Shown here: piece by piece, positions 18,655-28,069 of the stretch
How positions within the stretch are numbered: position 1 is the first letter of the stretch
Layout: the number at the start of each line of letters is the position of its first letter
Position numbers and translations under genes: made by a program
From: Candidatus Aldehydirespirator sp.
Lineage (GTDB): Bacteria > Actinomycetota > Acidimicrobiia > Acidimicrobiales > Aldehydirespiratoraceae
Direction: 5' to 3'
NCBI GenBank assembly: GCA_965221185.1
Contig: OZ244866.1
Location: 2,469,838-2,533,837, forward strand
DNA length: 64,000 bases
The notes under the pieces: generated by a model
Database searches by the model: none
The model's input: the letters and a program-made list of their open reading frames with translations, nothing else
Told to the model about the DNA's origin: nothing

Positions 18655-19881
18655 TCAGACCAAGTCGAGGGGATAGCGCGAGAGGCGTTCGTTGCCGGTG
18701 TCGGTGATGAGGACCTGCTCCTCGAGCTTGACGCCCTCGCCGCCGGACTTCGGGCCGACAAAGGCCTCGACGCACATCACCGTGCCCGGCTGCAGTTCGG
18801 TGTCGTAACCCTCCCTGCCCCAGCGCTCACGCGTGTACACCGACGGGTACTCGTCGCACAGGCCCACGCCGTGCGACAGCAGGGTGTAGCAGTTGTAGTG
18901 CTCCCGCGACGGATGCCACGACCGCTCAGACATCTCGCGCACCGACGCGCCCGGCTGGTGCAGCTCGATGTTTCGCTCGATCTGCTCCCTGGCCAGAGAC
19001 CACACATCGTTCTGGGCCGGTGTCGGGCGCCCGCCGCCGCACAGCCAGGTCCGGGAGATGTCCACGCACGCTCCGTATGCGCACACCATGTCGGTGTCGA
19101 AGCCCATCAGCTCACCAGCCTGCACGCGGCGGCTGCTGGCCTCCTGGTACCAGGGGTTGGTGCGCGGGCCCGACGCAAGCAGCCGGGTCTCGATCCACTC
19201 CCCGTAGCGGGCGAAGTTGCCGGCCTGCAACTCTGCCCACAGACCCATCTCAGTGATGCCGGGCTCGAAGACAGCCCGCATGTCGTCGATCGCCGCCTCG
19301 CAGGCATGGACGGCGCAGCGCATCGCCGCGATTTCCTCGGAGGACTTCACCACGCGCGCCTCCTCCATGAGCGCCCACGCGTCGACGAGGCTCACGCCGC
19401 GCTTCTCCAGCGCTCGCACGCCGATCAGGTCGATCTGGTCGACGGCGAGCCGCACATCGCCCCGGCCGTGCTCAGCCAGCAGGCCGGCGATCTCTTCCGC
19501 CCATCGGTCCGCGACCTCCTCGGCCCGGGACCCCGCATAGAAGTAGATGTGCGACAGCCCCGGGCGGATCTCGTCCACAACCTCGGAGTGCGTGTTCAGG
19601 AACTCTCCCTTGGAGAACTCGAACATCACCACCGGGCCGTCGGTGGCCACAAGGGCGTAGCGCACGGCGTTGTGCATCGTCCAGATCGACATGTTGGTGG
19701 TGTCGGTGGCGTAGCGGATGTTGAGCGGGTCGTACAGCAGCGCGGCGTCGCATCCCGCGGCCCGCAGCTGCGCCCGCACCCGCTCCAGGCGGTAGCGCCG
19801 GATCGCGGGGCGGTCCGGCAGCCGAAGCCCGGCCGCAAGCCACTCCGCCTCCAGCTCCGGTCCCGGCCCCAGCGCGTGCAT
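18655..19881 (-). CDS. M24-family metallohydrolase (creatinase / Xaa-Pro peptidase fold)
   Basis: ATG 19881 gives MHALGPGPELEAEWL.... Creatinase-like N-domain and pita-bread C-domain (GFDTDMVCAYGACVDISRTW, HGVGLCDEYP, MCVEAFVG). The substrate cannot be inferred from sequence. Confidence 0.8.
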   Translation of the reverse strand: MHALGPGPELEAEWLAAGLRLPDRPAIRRYRLERVRAQLRAAGCDAALLYDPLNIRYATDTTNMSIWTMHNAVRYALVATDGPVVMFEFSKGEFLNTHSEVVDEIRPGLSHIYFYAGSRAEEVADRWAEEIAGLLAEHGRGDVRLAVDQIDLIGVRALEKRGVSLVDAWALMEEARVVKSSEEIAAMRCAVHACEAAIDDMRAVFEPGITEMGLWAELQAGNFARYGEWIETRLLASGPRTNPWYQEASSRRVQAGELMGFDTDMVCAYGACVDISRTWLCGGGRPTPAQNDVWSLAREQIERNIELHQPGASVREMSERSWHPSREHYNCYTLLSHGVGLCDEYPSVYTRERWGREGYDTELQPGTVMCVEAFVGPKSGGEGVKLEEQVLITDTGNERLSRYPLDLV

Positions 19882-20147
19882 GTTGCGCTCGCCATGGTCG
19901 AGCAGCCAATCTGGCGGCTCTGTTCGAGCCGACCCGATCCTCGGTCGGTGCCTCAGTGAGTTCACGGCGGAATTCTGCCGTACGATCAGCGCATCTCGAT
20001 GGACCCCGAGCACGGATCGCCGTCCGGCACCCCCGCGAGGATCACAGTGGTGATGAATCCGTGAGCCGGTCAATCGCCGGGACTAGCTTCGACGATGTGG
20101 CAGACACCGCCGCAGGGCGCCCGACAGCCGCTTCGCGGGACTGAGTC

Positions 20148-21665
20148 ATGGTCAGGCGAGGCAGGCCCCGCGTCACGACCCGGTCGTCCGCGATCGCGCA
20201 GCTGCCCTGGCGTTCTGTCGAGAACCCGCACGGAACCCTGCAGGTGCTCGACGATGAAGGGCTCTCCACCATCCACTCCGCTTCGATGCGGGTGCTCGAG
20301 GAGCTGGGCATCGAGCTGTGGTCGCTGGAGGCCCGCAAGCTCTTCGCCGATGCCGGCGCGATTGTCGAGGGCGAGGTCGTGCGGATCGGCCGCGACATCG
20401 TGGAGGCGGCGGTGGCCAGCGCCCCCGCCGAGTTCACGCTCACGTCCCGCAATCCGGCCAAGGAGCTTCGCATGGGCGGCCGGAGCATGGCGTTCGGCCT
20501 GGTGGCCGGCCCGGCCGCGGTTCATGATGAGATCGCCGGCCGGCGCAGCTCCAACATGGCCGACTACGAGAACTTCATCAGGCTCGGCCACTACTTCAAC
20601 GCCATCCACATCATCGGCAACCAGGTCGTCGCGCCTATGGAACTGCCCGCCAACACCCGCCACCTCGACGCCTACCGGGCCAACCTGACGCTGTCGGACC
20701 TCTCGTATCACTGCACGTCGATCGGCCGGGGAAGGGCACTCGACGGGATCCAGATGATGGCGATCAGCCGGGGCAACACCCTCGAGGAGATGGCGGCCTC
20801 GCCCGGGGTGACCACCATCATCAACGTCAACTCGCCGCGCCGCTTCGACCCCGAGATGGCAAACGGCCTGATGACCATGGCCGAGCACGGCCAGCCGGTG
20901 TCGGTGACTCCGTTCACGCTGATGGGGGCCATGGCCCCGGTGACGCTCGCAGCCGCGCTGGTGCAGCAGAACGCCGAGGCCCTCTTCGGCATCGCCCTCA
21001 CCCAGCTCGTCCGTCCCGGCGCGCCGGTGCTGTACGGCGCGTTCACCTCCAATGTCGACATGCGCTCGGGCGCCCCCGCGTTCGGCACGCCGGAGCAGGT
21101 CAAGGCCAACGTGGCATCGGGGCAGCTGGCCCGCCGTTACGGACTCCCCTATCGGGCATCGAACTCGAGCGCGTCCAACGTTGTCGACGCCCAGGCCGCT
21201 TACGAGACACAGATGTCGCTGTGGGGCTGCATCCTGGGGGGAGCCAACCTCGTGTACCACGCGGCCGGATGGATGGAGGGTGGGCTGCAGGCCAGCTACG
21301 AGAAGCTGATCCTCGACGTGGAGATGCTCCAGCAGACGATGGAGTTCCTAACGCCTCTTCCCTGCTCCGGTCCCGACCTCGCGTTCGAGGCCATGCAGCG
21401 GGTGCCCACCGGCGGCCACTTCTTCGGCGACGAGCACACCCTCGAGCGCTACCAGACCGCCTTCTACCCGCCGCTGATCTCCGACTGGCAGAACTATGGC
21501 GCCTGGGCCGACTCGGGCGGGCTCAACGCCACCCAGCGGGCCACGGCAATCTGGCAGGCCGCGCTGGAGGAGTACGCCGAGCCGCCTTTGGACAGCGCCC
21601 GGCGCGAGCAGCTCGACGAGTACGTCGAGCGCCGCAAGCTGGAGATCGGCGACGGCGAGCCGTAA
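20148..21665 (+). CDS. trimethylamine methyltransferase (MttB) superfamily protein, non-pyrrolysine type
   Basis: 505 aa with no in-frame TAG. MttB-family sequence throughout (LDDEGLSTIHSASMRVLEELG, PFTLMGAMAPVT, GGHFFGDEHTLERY). Confidence 0.9.
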   Translation: MVRRGRPRVTTRSSAIAQLPWRSVENPHGTLQVLDDEGLSTIHSASMRVLEELGIELWSLEARKLFADAGAIVEGEVVRIGRDIVEAAVASAPAEFTLTSRNPAKELRMGGRSMAFGLVAGPAAVHDEIAGRRSSNMADYENFIRLGHYFNAIHIIGNQVVAPMELPANTRHLDAYRANLTLSDLSYHCTSIGRGRALDGIQMMAISRGNTLEEMAASPGVTTIINVNSPRRFDPEMANGLMTMAEHGQPVSVTPFTLMGAMAPVTLAAALVQQNAEALFGIALTQLVRPGAPVLYGAFTSNVDMRSGAPAFGTPEQVKANVASGQLARRYGLPYRASNSSASNVVDAQAAYETQMSLWGCILGGANLVYHAAGWMEGGLQASYEKLILDVEMLQQTMEFLTPLPCSGPDLAFEAMQRVPTGGHFFGDEHTLERYQTAFYPPLISDWQNYGAWADSGGLNATQRATAIWQAALEEYAEPPLDSARREQLDEYVERRKLEIGDGEP

Positions 21666-21741
21666 GCAGCGCCGCCGACTCGCCGCTCTGGATCAGACAT
21701 CGACAGGCGCTCGTCGGCGGCCACGCGCTTCGACCGAAAGC

Positions 21742-21771
21742 AGATGGGCGGGGCCGAAGCCCCGCCCATCT
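21742..21771. terminator. bidirectional stem-loop between convergent mttB-family and proX genes
   Basis: Perfect hairpin AGATGGGCGGGGC-cgaa-GCCCCGCCCATCT with a 13-bp stem, followed by a T-rich stretch (agtcgtttggtcgtgttt). Confidence 0.65.
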
Positions 21772-21821
21772 AGTCGTTTGGTCGTGTTTGAGGCCTCAGG
21801 CCTCAGGTCTTGTCAGTGCTG

Positions 21822-23087
21822 TCAGCCCGCGGCTAGCGCTGCGTGGATCCACTCGTCAACCTGGTCGCGGTTGTCGGCGATCCACTGGGTGGCCAGGTCG
21901 TTCGGGTGTGCGCCGTCGGCCTGCGCCACGTTGGCCAGTGACACGTCGATCACAGACAGCTTGACCGCCTCGAAGAGCGCTGCGGCCGCCGGGTTCTCGT
22001 CAAGGAAGCCGTTGCGCGCTGTGACCAGGATGTCGGCAGCGATCCAGCCGATCGGGCACTTGCCATCCGCGGTGTCGGCCGCTGACGGGCACTGGTCTGG
22101 GCCAATGGCGGCGAAGCCGCCGCTGCCGTCCTCGCCGCGCTGGTTGTGCTTCTCACCGCCTTCTTGGTTGGCAGGGTTGGAGTCGTCGAGGACGTCCTCA
22201 ACTCCTATCCAGTAGACGTTGTCGCCAGGCCGCAACTCGGTGATGTACGCCGACGGGGTCCACGTGTAGGCCACCATTGGCACGCCTGAATTGGCGTTGT
22301 CAACTGCCTGGGCGAACATAGCGTCATAGCCCGCGATCGTCTCCTGAATGTTGTCCCAGCCGGAGAAGGCGATCTGATTGAGGATGATATTGTCGCAGGT
22401 CCACGACTCGGGGCAGCCGAAGATGTCGGCTATGCCGTTGCCGGGAACGGGGTCGGTAGCGTCGAACGCGGCGAGCGCCTCCGCATTCCGGTTGAGTTCG
22501 TCCATCGTGTACACGCCGTACTCGTCTGCGAAGGACTTGGTGACCAGGAAGCCCTGCAGGCCGCCAGCGATCATCTCCTCACCAATGATGGTTACGTGAT
22601 CGCCGACTAGCGAGCCGTCGGGCATCTCACCCGCGAGCCAAGCCAAGTGGCCCGGATACCAGCTGTTGGGCCAGAAGTCCATGGCACCTTGGGCCATGGC
22701 CACGTAGCCGTTGTTGGGTCCGAGCTCCAGTTCAGCGGGATCGGACACGTTGTAGCCCAGCTCTTCCATCAACTGCCGGTAGACGTACGCTTGGAAGTAG
22801 CCGGTGCTCCAGTCGGCCCGGCCAGCAATGACGTCGACACCCTCGCCGGGCAGCGCCATCTCTTCCATTGGCTCCTCCTCGACCATTGGCTCTTCCTCGA
22901 CCATTGGCTCTTCCTCGACCATTGGCTCTTCCTCGACCATGGGCTCTTCCTCGACCATGGGCTCTTCCTCGACCGCCGGAGCCGGCTCGGCTGTCGTCCC
23001 GCCGTCGTCGTCGTCGCCGCAGGCTGCAGCGATCAGCGAGAACGCTGCGAGTAGGGCGAGCCAGATGCTCGCGTGCCTCTTCTTCAT
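21822..23087 (-). CDS. proX: glycine betaine/proline betaine ABC transporter substrate-binding lipoprotein
   Basis: Lipoprotein signal (LIAAACG), an acidic linker, then an OpuAC/ProX-type domain. GGAGGGA RBS upstream of the start. Confidence 0.85.
   Translation of the reverse strand: MKKRHASIWLALLAAFSLIAAACGDDDDGGTTAEPAPAVEEEPMVEEEPMVEEEPMVEEEPMVEEEPMVEEEPMEEMALPGEGVDVIAGRADWSTGYFQAYVYRQLMEELGYNVSDPAELELGPNNGYVAMAQGAMDFWPNSWYPGHLAWLAGEMPDGSLVGDHVTIIGEEMIAGGLQGFLVTKSFADEYGVYTMDELNRNAEALAAFDATDPVPGNGIADIFGCPESWTCDNIILNQIAFSGWDNIQETIAGYDAMFAQAVDNANSGVPMVAYTWTPSAYITELRPGDNVYWIGVEDVLDDSNPANQEGGEKHNQRGEDGSGGFAAIGPDQCPSAADTADGKCPIGWIAADILVTARNGFLDENPAAAALFEAVKLSVIDVSLANVAQADGAHPNDLATQWIADNRDQVDEWIHAALAAG
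22866..22973. repeat. 6 x 18-bp tandem repeat inside proX
   Basis: cat(t/g)ggctc(c/t)tcctcgac repeated six times. It encodes (VEEEPM)x6 in the post-lipobox linker. Confidence 0.95.
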
Positions 23088-23215
23088 AATTGTTCCCTCC
23101 TAGGGTGGGCTTGTTGCGCCGCGTCGCAGGCTAGGCCATGTGGGGCCGAGGATCAACACCGCGCCTTGGCCGACATGATCGAAGCTGGCGAAGAGTGTTT
23201 GTCGGCATGGCTCCA

Positions 23216-23270
23216 GTCCGTCGCTCCTGCGCCCGGCAAGCTCGTGGACCTGGCCACGTGAAGCGACGGA
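23216..23270 (-). other. intercistronic stem-loop between proW and proX
   Basis: 10-bp arms GTCCGTCGCT / AGCGACGGAC enclose a second 5-bp hairpin (CGTGG...CCACG). It lies within an unusually long (203 nt) gap inside the operon. Confidence 0.5.
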
Positions 23271-23290
23271 CTTGCTCGACCACGACGATC

Positions 23291-25948
23291 TCAGGCGTTG
23301 CTGGCCGCTTCGGGGATGTCGTCGTAGCTCTTGTTGCGCTCGAACTCCGAAAGAGTCCCTAGCGTCGACGCGAATATCGTCCCTCCTGCTGCCATGACGA
23401 AGACCGCGCCGACGCCCGAGACGAACTTGGGGTCCGCGACCCGCACGATGGTGACGATCCAGCTGAGCGGTATCACCGCGATGGCCAGTCCCACACCACC
23501 GACAAGGGTGCCCCAGCGGTAGCGGAGGACTTCGTCGATCCCGAACACTCCGATGGCGGGGAGCGACAGCCCCAAAGCCGCGATACCGGCGATGAGCGTC
23601 CATATGCCCAGACCAGCACCCGTTCGTTCGAAGCCATCGTGGATCACATCGCCGGTGCGCTCAGCCTTGGCGATCGCTGAGGAGATGTCCGCCCCCCTCA
23701 CCCCTGCGAGCGCTAGAGCATCGATCTCGATGCGGTGGAGCTCGGCGGCGCGCTCTACGTCGCCCGCGGCCTCTGCCTCATCTGACTCCCGGCCAGCAAC
23801 CACGGCTTCCGCCTGAGCAGCGGCGCCCTCGGCTGCGATCTGGTCGAGCTCGGCCCGCAACTCCGGGCTGATCACGGACTCGGTTCGGGTATCGAAGCTC
23901 CATCCCGAGTACCCGCCCATTACCAGCAACAACACGGCGAAGACGGCACCGATCAGCCTGCCCCAACCAATGCCGGCAGCCAACGGGTGACGGGCTGTCA
24001 TGGGTGCTCGCCACAGCCACGCGACCGCGCCAATCGCGGCGATCAGGGCTCCGGCGACCGCGACCCACACTCCGACGCCTGTCGAGTACACAGTCACGCC
24101 GTCCGGCGGATTGGCCAGCAGGTACATCAGCGAGGTACCGAGTGCGGCCATCGAGAACACGACTGCGCCGTGAGCAGAGAACCACTGTGAACCCGACCCC
24201 GGACGCCACAGTGTGTTGAATGCGGACCAAGCGACGACCGCCGCTGCCATCGCGGCGAAAATGCCGAACCACGAACCGCCTGAAGCCGACACGCCGTTGA
24301 AGCTGTTGGAGATCCACTGGATGTCGCTCGTGCAGGTCAGCCCGGGGGCCGTCGCGCCCGCCAAGGGGTCGAGCACAGTGGTCTCGATCCATTCTCCGGT
24401 GCATTGCTCGGTTCGCAGATCGACATCGGCGGAACGGGCATAGGACGAGACAAGGCCCGCGTTGACGCTCCACGGCAACAAGAGCGCGACGAGCAACACC
24501 AACGCGCCAACGCCGGTGGCGATGATGGCACTGCGCTCGACGCCAGTGGCCGGAATGAACGCATCCTCTGGTGCAACCGGCTCCTCGGCCAGCTTCGCGA
24601 TCTTCTCGTCGGCGGTGGCCTGGGCCTCTTCCAGCAGAAGCTCCGGGGTACGCCAGTTGGCCCACGCCTTGGCCATGCGGGAGAGCAGGTTGCTCGAGTC
24701 GGCGTCCGTCTGAGTGAGCCTGTCGAGCACCACCGCGACAAGGAAGAACGCCAGGCCGGCAGAACCAGCCTGGGGCAGGTCGAGATTGGCGATGGCCTGG
24801 AACAGCAGCCGTCCCAAGCCGCCTGCGCCCATTATCGCTGCGATGCCCAGCATGGAGATGGAGAGCAGCAGCGTCTGGTTGAGGCCAGTCATGATGGCGG
24901 GCCGGGCCAGCGGGAGCTGCACGTCAGTCAGCACCCTCCATTCGGGGGCGCCGTAGGCTCGCGATGCCTCCACCACGTCCTCGGGCACCTGTCTGATGCC
25001 CAGATTCGTCAATCGGACAAGCGGCGGCAGAGCGAAGGTCATTGTCACCATGGTTGCCGGCACCCAGCCGACAGTGAAGAAGAAGATGAAGGGGAGCATG
25101 TAGACGAAGGAGTGCACGACCTGCATGGCGTCCAGCACGGGCCTGACCACTTTCCACGCGCCGTCGACGCGTCCGCACAGCACGCCTAAGGGGATGCCGA
25201 TGATCACGCACAGCAGCACCGAAACGCTGATGAAGCCGAGAGTGAGTGCCGTCTCCCTCCAGTAGGCCTGTCCCAGCAGGCCGCAAATCAGCAGGCCGAC
25301 GAAGCACAGCGCGCCGATCTGGAAGTTGCGAATTGCCCAGCCCAGAGCGAATACCACGAGGCAAATGGTCAGCCAGGACATGCCCAGCAGCCAGTCGTCC
25401 ACGATGACATTCAGCAGCCGCAAGAACGGCCACCTGATGACATCGAGGGTGGCCTTCAGGTTGTTGTCCACCCAGAAGACCGTCTGCTCGACCCAGTCGC
25501 CGACCGGTATCTCCCACCGGTCCAGAACCGTGTTCTGTCGTATCTGTGCGACCAAGCCTGAGCTGCACTCCAGCAGATCGCCTTCGGAGTCGACCGTTGC
25601 ATCGAGACACTCGAACGTCTCGCCGTCCCGCGTGAAGGTCCGGTTGCCCGAAGCCACGATCTCTTCGGGCCGGGTGCGGTACCACAAAGCCGCGAGCCCC
25701 CCGATCAGCCCGCCGGCGGCCAGGCCGTAGCGGCGACTTCTGACGCCTCCGAAGATCATCAGCGCCGGCACCGCGATCATAAGGATCACGACCAGCCACT
25801 CGACACCGGTGACGCCCCAGTCGACGAAACGGTCGCCAGCTTCTGGGCTGGTCACCGTGTCGAAGAAACGGTCGAAGAAGTGCCCCTGGTACTCGTCGCT
25901 GTTGGCTTGAGCCAGCACTCCAGCCCCGACTGCCGTTTGCGGGCTCAC
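23291..25948 (-). CDS. proW: betaine ABC transporter permease (ProW/OpuAB core) fused to large extra membrane domains
   Basis: GTG 25948 forms a GTGA overlap with the proV stop. The permease core with its EAA-type loop (EDVVEASRAYGAPEWRVLTDVQLPLARPAIMTG) lies at about 24720-25400. A roughly 470-aa multi-TM C-terminal extension occupies 23291 to about 24700. Confidence 0.8.
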   Translation of the reverse strand: MSPQTAVGAGVLAQANSDEYQGHFFDRFFDTVTSPEAGDRFVDWGVTGVEWLVVILMIAVPALMIFGGVRSRRYGLAAGGLIGGLAALWYRTRPEEIVASGNRTFTRDGETFECLDATVDSEGDLLECSSGLVAQIRQNTVLDRWEIPVGDWVEQTVFWVDNNLKATLDVIRWPFLRLLNVIVDDWLLGMSWLTICLVVFALGWAIRNFQIGALCFVGLLICGLLGQAYWRETALTLGFISVSVLLCVIIGIPLGVLCGRVDGAWKVVRPVLDAMQVVHSFVYMLPFIFFFTVGWVPATMVTMTFALPPLVRLTNLGIRQVPEDVVEASRAYGAPEWRVLTDVQLPLARPAIMTGLNQTLLLSISMLGIAAIMGAGGLGRLLFQAIANLDLPQAGSAGLAFFLVAVVLDRLTQTDADSSNLLSRMAKAWANWRTPELLLEEAQATADEKIAKLAEEPVAPEDAFIPATGVERSAIIATGVGALVLLVALLLPWSVNAGLVSSYARSADVDLRTEQCTGEWIETTVLDPLAGATAPGLTCTSDIQWISNSFNGVSASGGSWFGIFAAMAAAVVAWSAFNTLWRPGSGSQWFSAHGAVVFSMAALGTSLMYLLANPPDGVTVYSTGVGVWVAVAGALIAAIGAVAWLWRAPMTARHPLAAGIGWGRLIGAVFAVLLLVMGGYSGWSFDTRTESVISPELRAELDQIAAEGAAAQAEAVVAGRESDEAEAAGDVERAAELHRIEIDALALAGVRGADISSAIAKAERTGDVIHDGFERTGAGLGIWTLIAGIAALGLSLPAIGVFGIDEVLRYRWGTLVGGVGLAIAVIPLSWIVTIVRVADPKFVSGVGAVFVMAAGGTIFASTLGTLSEFERNKSYDDIPEAASNA

Positions 25949-27159
25949 ATGAACACCTCCCGCTCGAAGCCGTCTATCAACTGCTCGACACGGCCCATCT
26001 CCTCCATGATGAGACGGGGGTCGAGGTTGCCGACGAGCCGGCCGTCGTCGTCCACGACCGCTATCGAGAGTCCTCGGCCAGCCGCCGCGTACATCTCGTT
26101 GAGCGTGGCGTCGGGGCCGCATTTGTCGAAGTCGGTGCGCAGTGCGGCCTGCAGATCGTCCGAGTCCATGGAACGGACCCTCAAAGCGTCCGCGGCCGTG
26201 AGCAGCGCCGCAGGCCGGCCGTCCGCATCACAACAGAAGCGCCCCATGGCATCGTCGAGATGGGTCAGAGCCTCCGAGAGCGATCGATCCTTCGACACCG
26301 GCCTCGGCTTGCTCATCACCTCGTGCACCTTGATCACCCGGCCCTGGTCGACGTCCTGGACGAACTCGGCCACGTAGCCGGTGGCGGGCTCGGTGAGGAT
26401 CTCCTCAGGCGTGCCGATCTGAACCACCGCTCCATCCTTCATGATGCAGACCCGGTCGCCGATGCGCAGCGCCTCGTTGAGATCATGGGTGATGAACAGG
26501 ATCGTCTTGTGGACCCGTGACTGGATCTCCATCATCTCGTCTTGCATCTGGCGGCGGATTAGAGGGTCGAGGGCCGAGAACGCCTCGTCCATCAGCAGGA
26601 TGTCGGGGTCGGAGGCGAGCGCCCGGGCCAAGCCGACTCGCTGCTGCATGCCCCCAGACAGCTGCGCCGGACGATGGTCGGCGAACGGCGCCAGGCCGAC
26701 GAGCGCCAACGCGTCCAGGGCGGCCCGGTTGCGCTCATCGCGGCTCACCCTCTGAACCTTGAGGCCATAACCGACGTTGTCGATCACGTTGCGGTGGGGG
26801 AACAGCGCGAAGTGCTGGAAGACCATTCCCATCTTCTCGCGACGGAAGGTCTGCAGTTCGGTGCCCTCCAGCTTCTGAACGTCCACCCCGCCCACCAGCA
26901 CCTCGCCATGGGTGACATCGTGGAGCTTGTTGACCATCCGGATGGCGGTGGACTTGCCCGACCCCGACAGGCCCATCACCACGAAGATCTCGCCCCGACC
27001 AACAGAGAAGTTGACGTCGGTAATGCCTACCACGTGCCCCGTCAGCCGCTGCACCTCGTTCTTGGGGATGCCAGCTCGAGCCATTTCGAAGGGCCGTCCC
27101 CGCGGCTGCGGGCCGAAGATCTTGTAAACATCCTTGAACTCGATGATGGTGTCGCTCAT
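25945..27159 (-). CDS. proV: betaine/proline ABC transporter ATP-binding protein with C-terminal CBS pair
   Basis: Walker A GLSGSGKST, signature LSGGMQQRV, Walker B ILLMDEAFSALD. Confidence 0.9.
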   Translation of the reverse strand: MSDTIIEFKDVYKIFGPQPRGRPFEMARAGIPKNEVQRLTGHVVGITDVNFSVGRGEIFVVMGLSGSGKSTAIRMVNKLHDVTHGEVLVGGVDVQKLEGTELQTFRREKMGMVFQHFALFPHRNVIDNVGYGLKVQRVSRDERNRAALDALALVGLAPFADHRPAQLSGGMQQRVGLARALASDPDILLMDEAFSALDPLIRRQMQDEMMEIQSRVHKTILFITHDLNEALRIGDRVCIMKDGAVVQIGTPEEILTEPATGYVAEFVQDVDQGRVIKVHEVMSKPRPVSKDRSLSEALTHLDDAMGRFCCDADGRPAALLTAADALRVRSMDSDDLQAALRTDFDKCGPDATLNEMYAAAGRGLSIAVVDDDGRLVGNLDPRLIMEEMGRVEQLIDGFEREVFM

Positions 27160-27208
27160 AACCCAGTTCCGTTGCCGCTCAGTGCTGGCTGGCTACCATA
27201 GTCGTTCC

Positions 27209-28069
27209 ATGTCCGAGGCTGCAGCGAGTGCCAAGTCCGCTACCAAGCGCAAAGCGACAGGCGAGGCCAGAGCCCACACGTCGAGGCGTCAGGGCGCACC
27301 AGCGGGCACGATCGTGCGAACCCTCGACGATGAGACCGCGGCTGCCCTGACGCTGTTCAACACCTATCTGGTCGCCGACCGGGAGCAGCAGGCCCACGAG
27401 CGGGCCCTCAAGAAGGCTGAGAAGGCAAAGGACGAGGCGGCCGCCGCCGTGCGCAAGCTCAATGACAAGAAGGCGTCGTCATCTGAGACCGCCGCGGCCG
27501 AGGCCGCCTACCGCGAGGCCGCTGACGCGCTGCGCCGACTTCGCGACGGTGACCAAGCAGCCGCGCAAGACGCAAGTGATGAGGCTGAAGCCGATGCCGC
27601 CGAGGAAGAGGCTCCCGCCGCAGACACCGAGGAACAGGCACCTGCCGCCGAAGCCGACGCTGCCACCGCCGAGGATGCCGAGGCCGCCGACGGAGAGGCT
27701 CCCGCCGCAGACACCGAGGAACAGGCACCTGCCGCCGAAACTGACGCCACCGCCGAGCATGCCAACGATGAGGCGACCGCCGAGGCCGACGCCCCACACG
27801 CCGAGGAAGAAGCCCTGGCAGCCGACGCCGAGGAAGAAGCCCTGGCAGCCGACGCCGAGGATGTCGCCACCACTGACGTAGAGGCAAGCACCGAGGAAGA
27901 GGCACCAGCCGCCGAAGCGGAAGCCGCCGAAGCCGGTGCCGAGGAACAGGCACCTGCCGTCGACGGCGAGGAAGCCGCCGAAGCCCAAGAGCCCGAGTCA
28001 GTGAGGGTGGAGGCCTCCGTCGGCGACGATGACCTGGCCGGTGATGAACCGGCCGGCGTCGCTGGCTAG
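27209..28069 (+). CDS. hypothetical acidic Ala/Glu/Asp-rich repeat protein
   Basis: ATG 27209 with CATAGT 6 nt upstream. High GC at third codon positions. An 87-nt repeat at 27608-27739 encodes EAPAADTEEQAPAAE twice, and a 27-nt repeat at 27800-27853 encodes AEEEALAAD twice. The 3' end overlaps the convergent SDR gene by 72 nt. Confidence 0.5.
   Translation: MSEAAASAKSATKRKATGEARAHTSRRQGAPAGTIVRTLDDETAAALTLFNTYLVADREQQAHERALKKAEKAKDEAAAAVRKLNDKKASSSETAAAEAAYREAADALRRLRDGDQAAAQDASDEAEADAAEEEAPAADTEEQAPAAEADAATAEDAEAADGEAPAADTEEQAPAAETDATAEHANDEATAEADAPHAEEEALAADAEEEALAADAEDVATTDVEASTEEEAPAAEAEAAEAGAEEQAPAVDGEEAAEAQEPESVRVEASVGDDDLAGDEPAGVAG

Noticed and set aside
27459-27988. Minus-strand ORFs antisense to the acidic repeat gene.
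   Set aside because: These are Arg/Leu/Pro-rich mirror translations of the GAG/GCC-rich repeats, with no start context.
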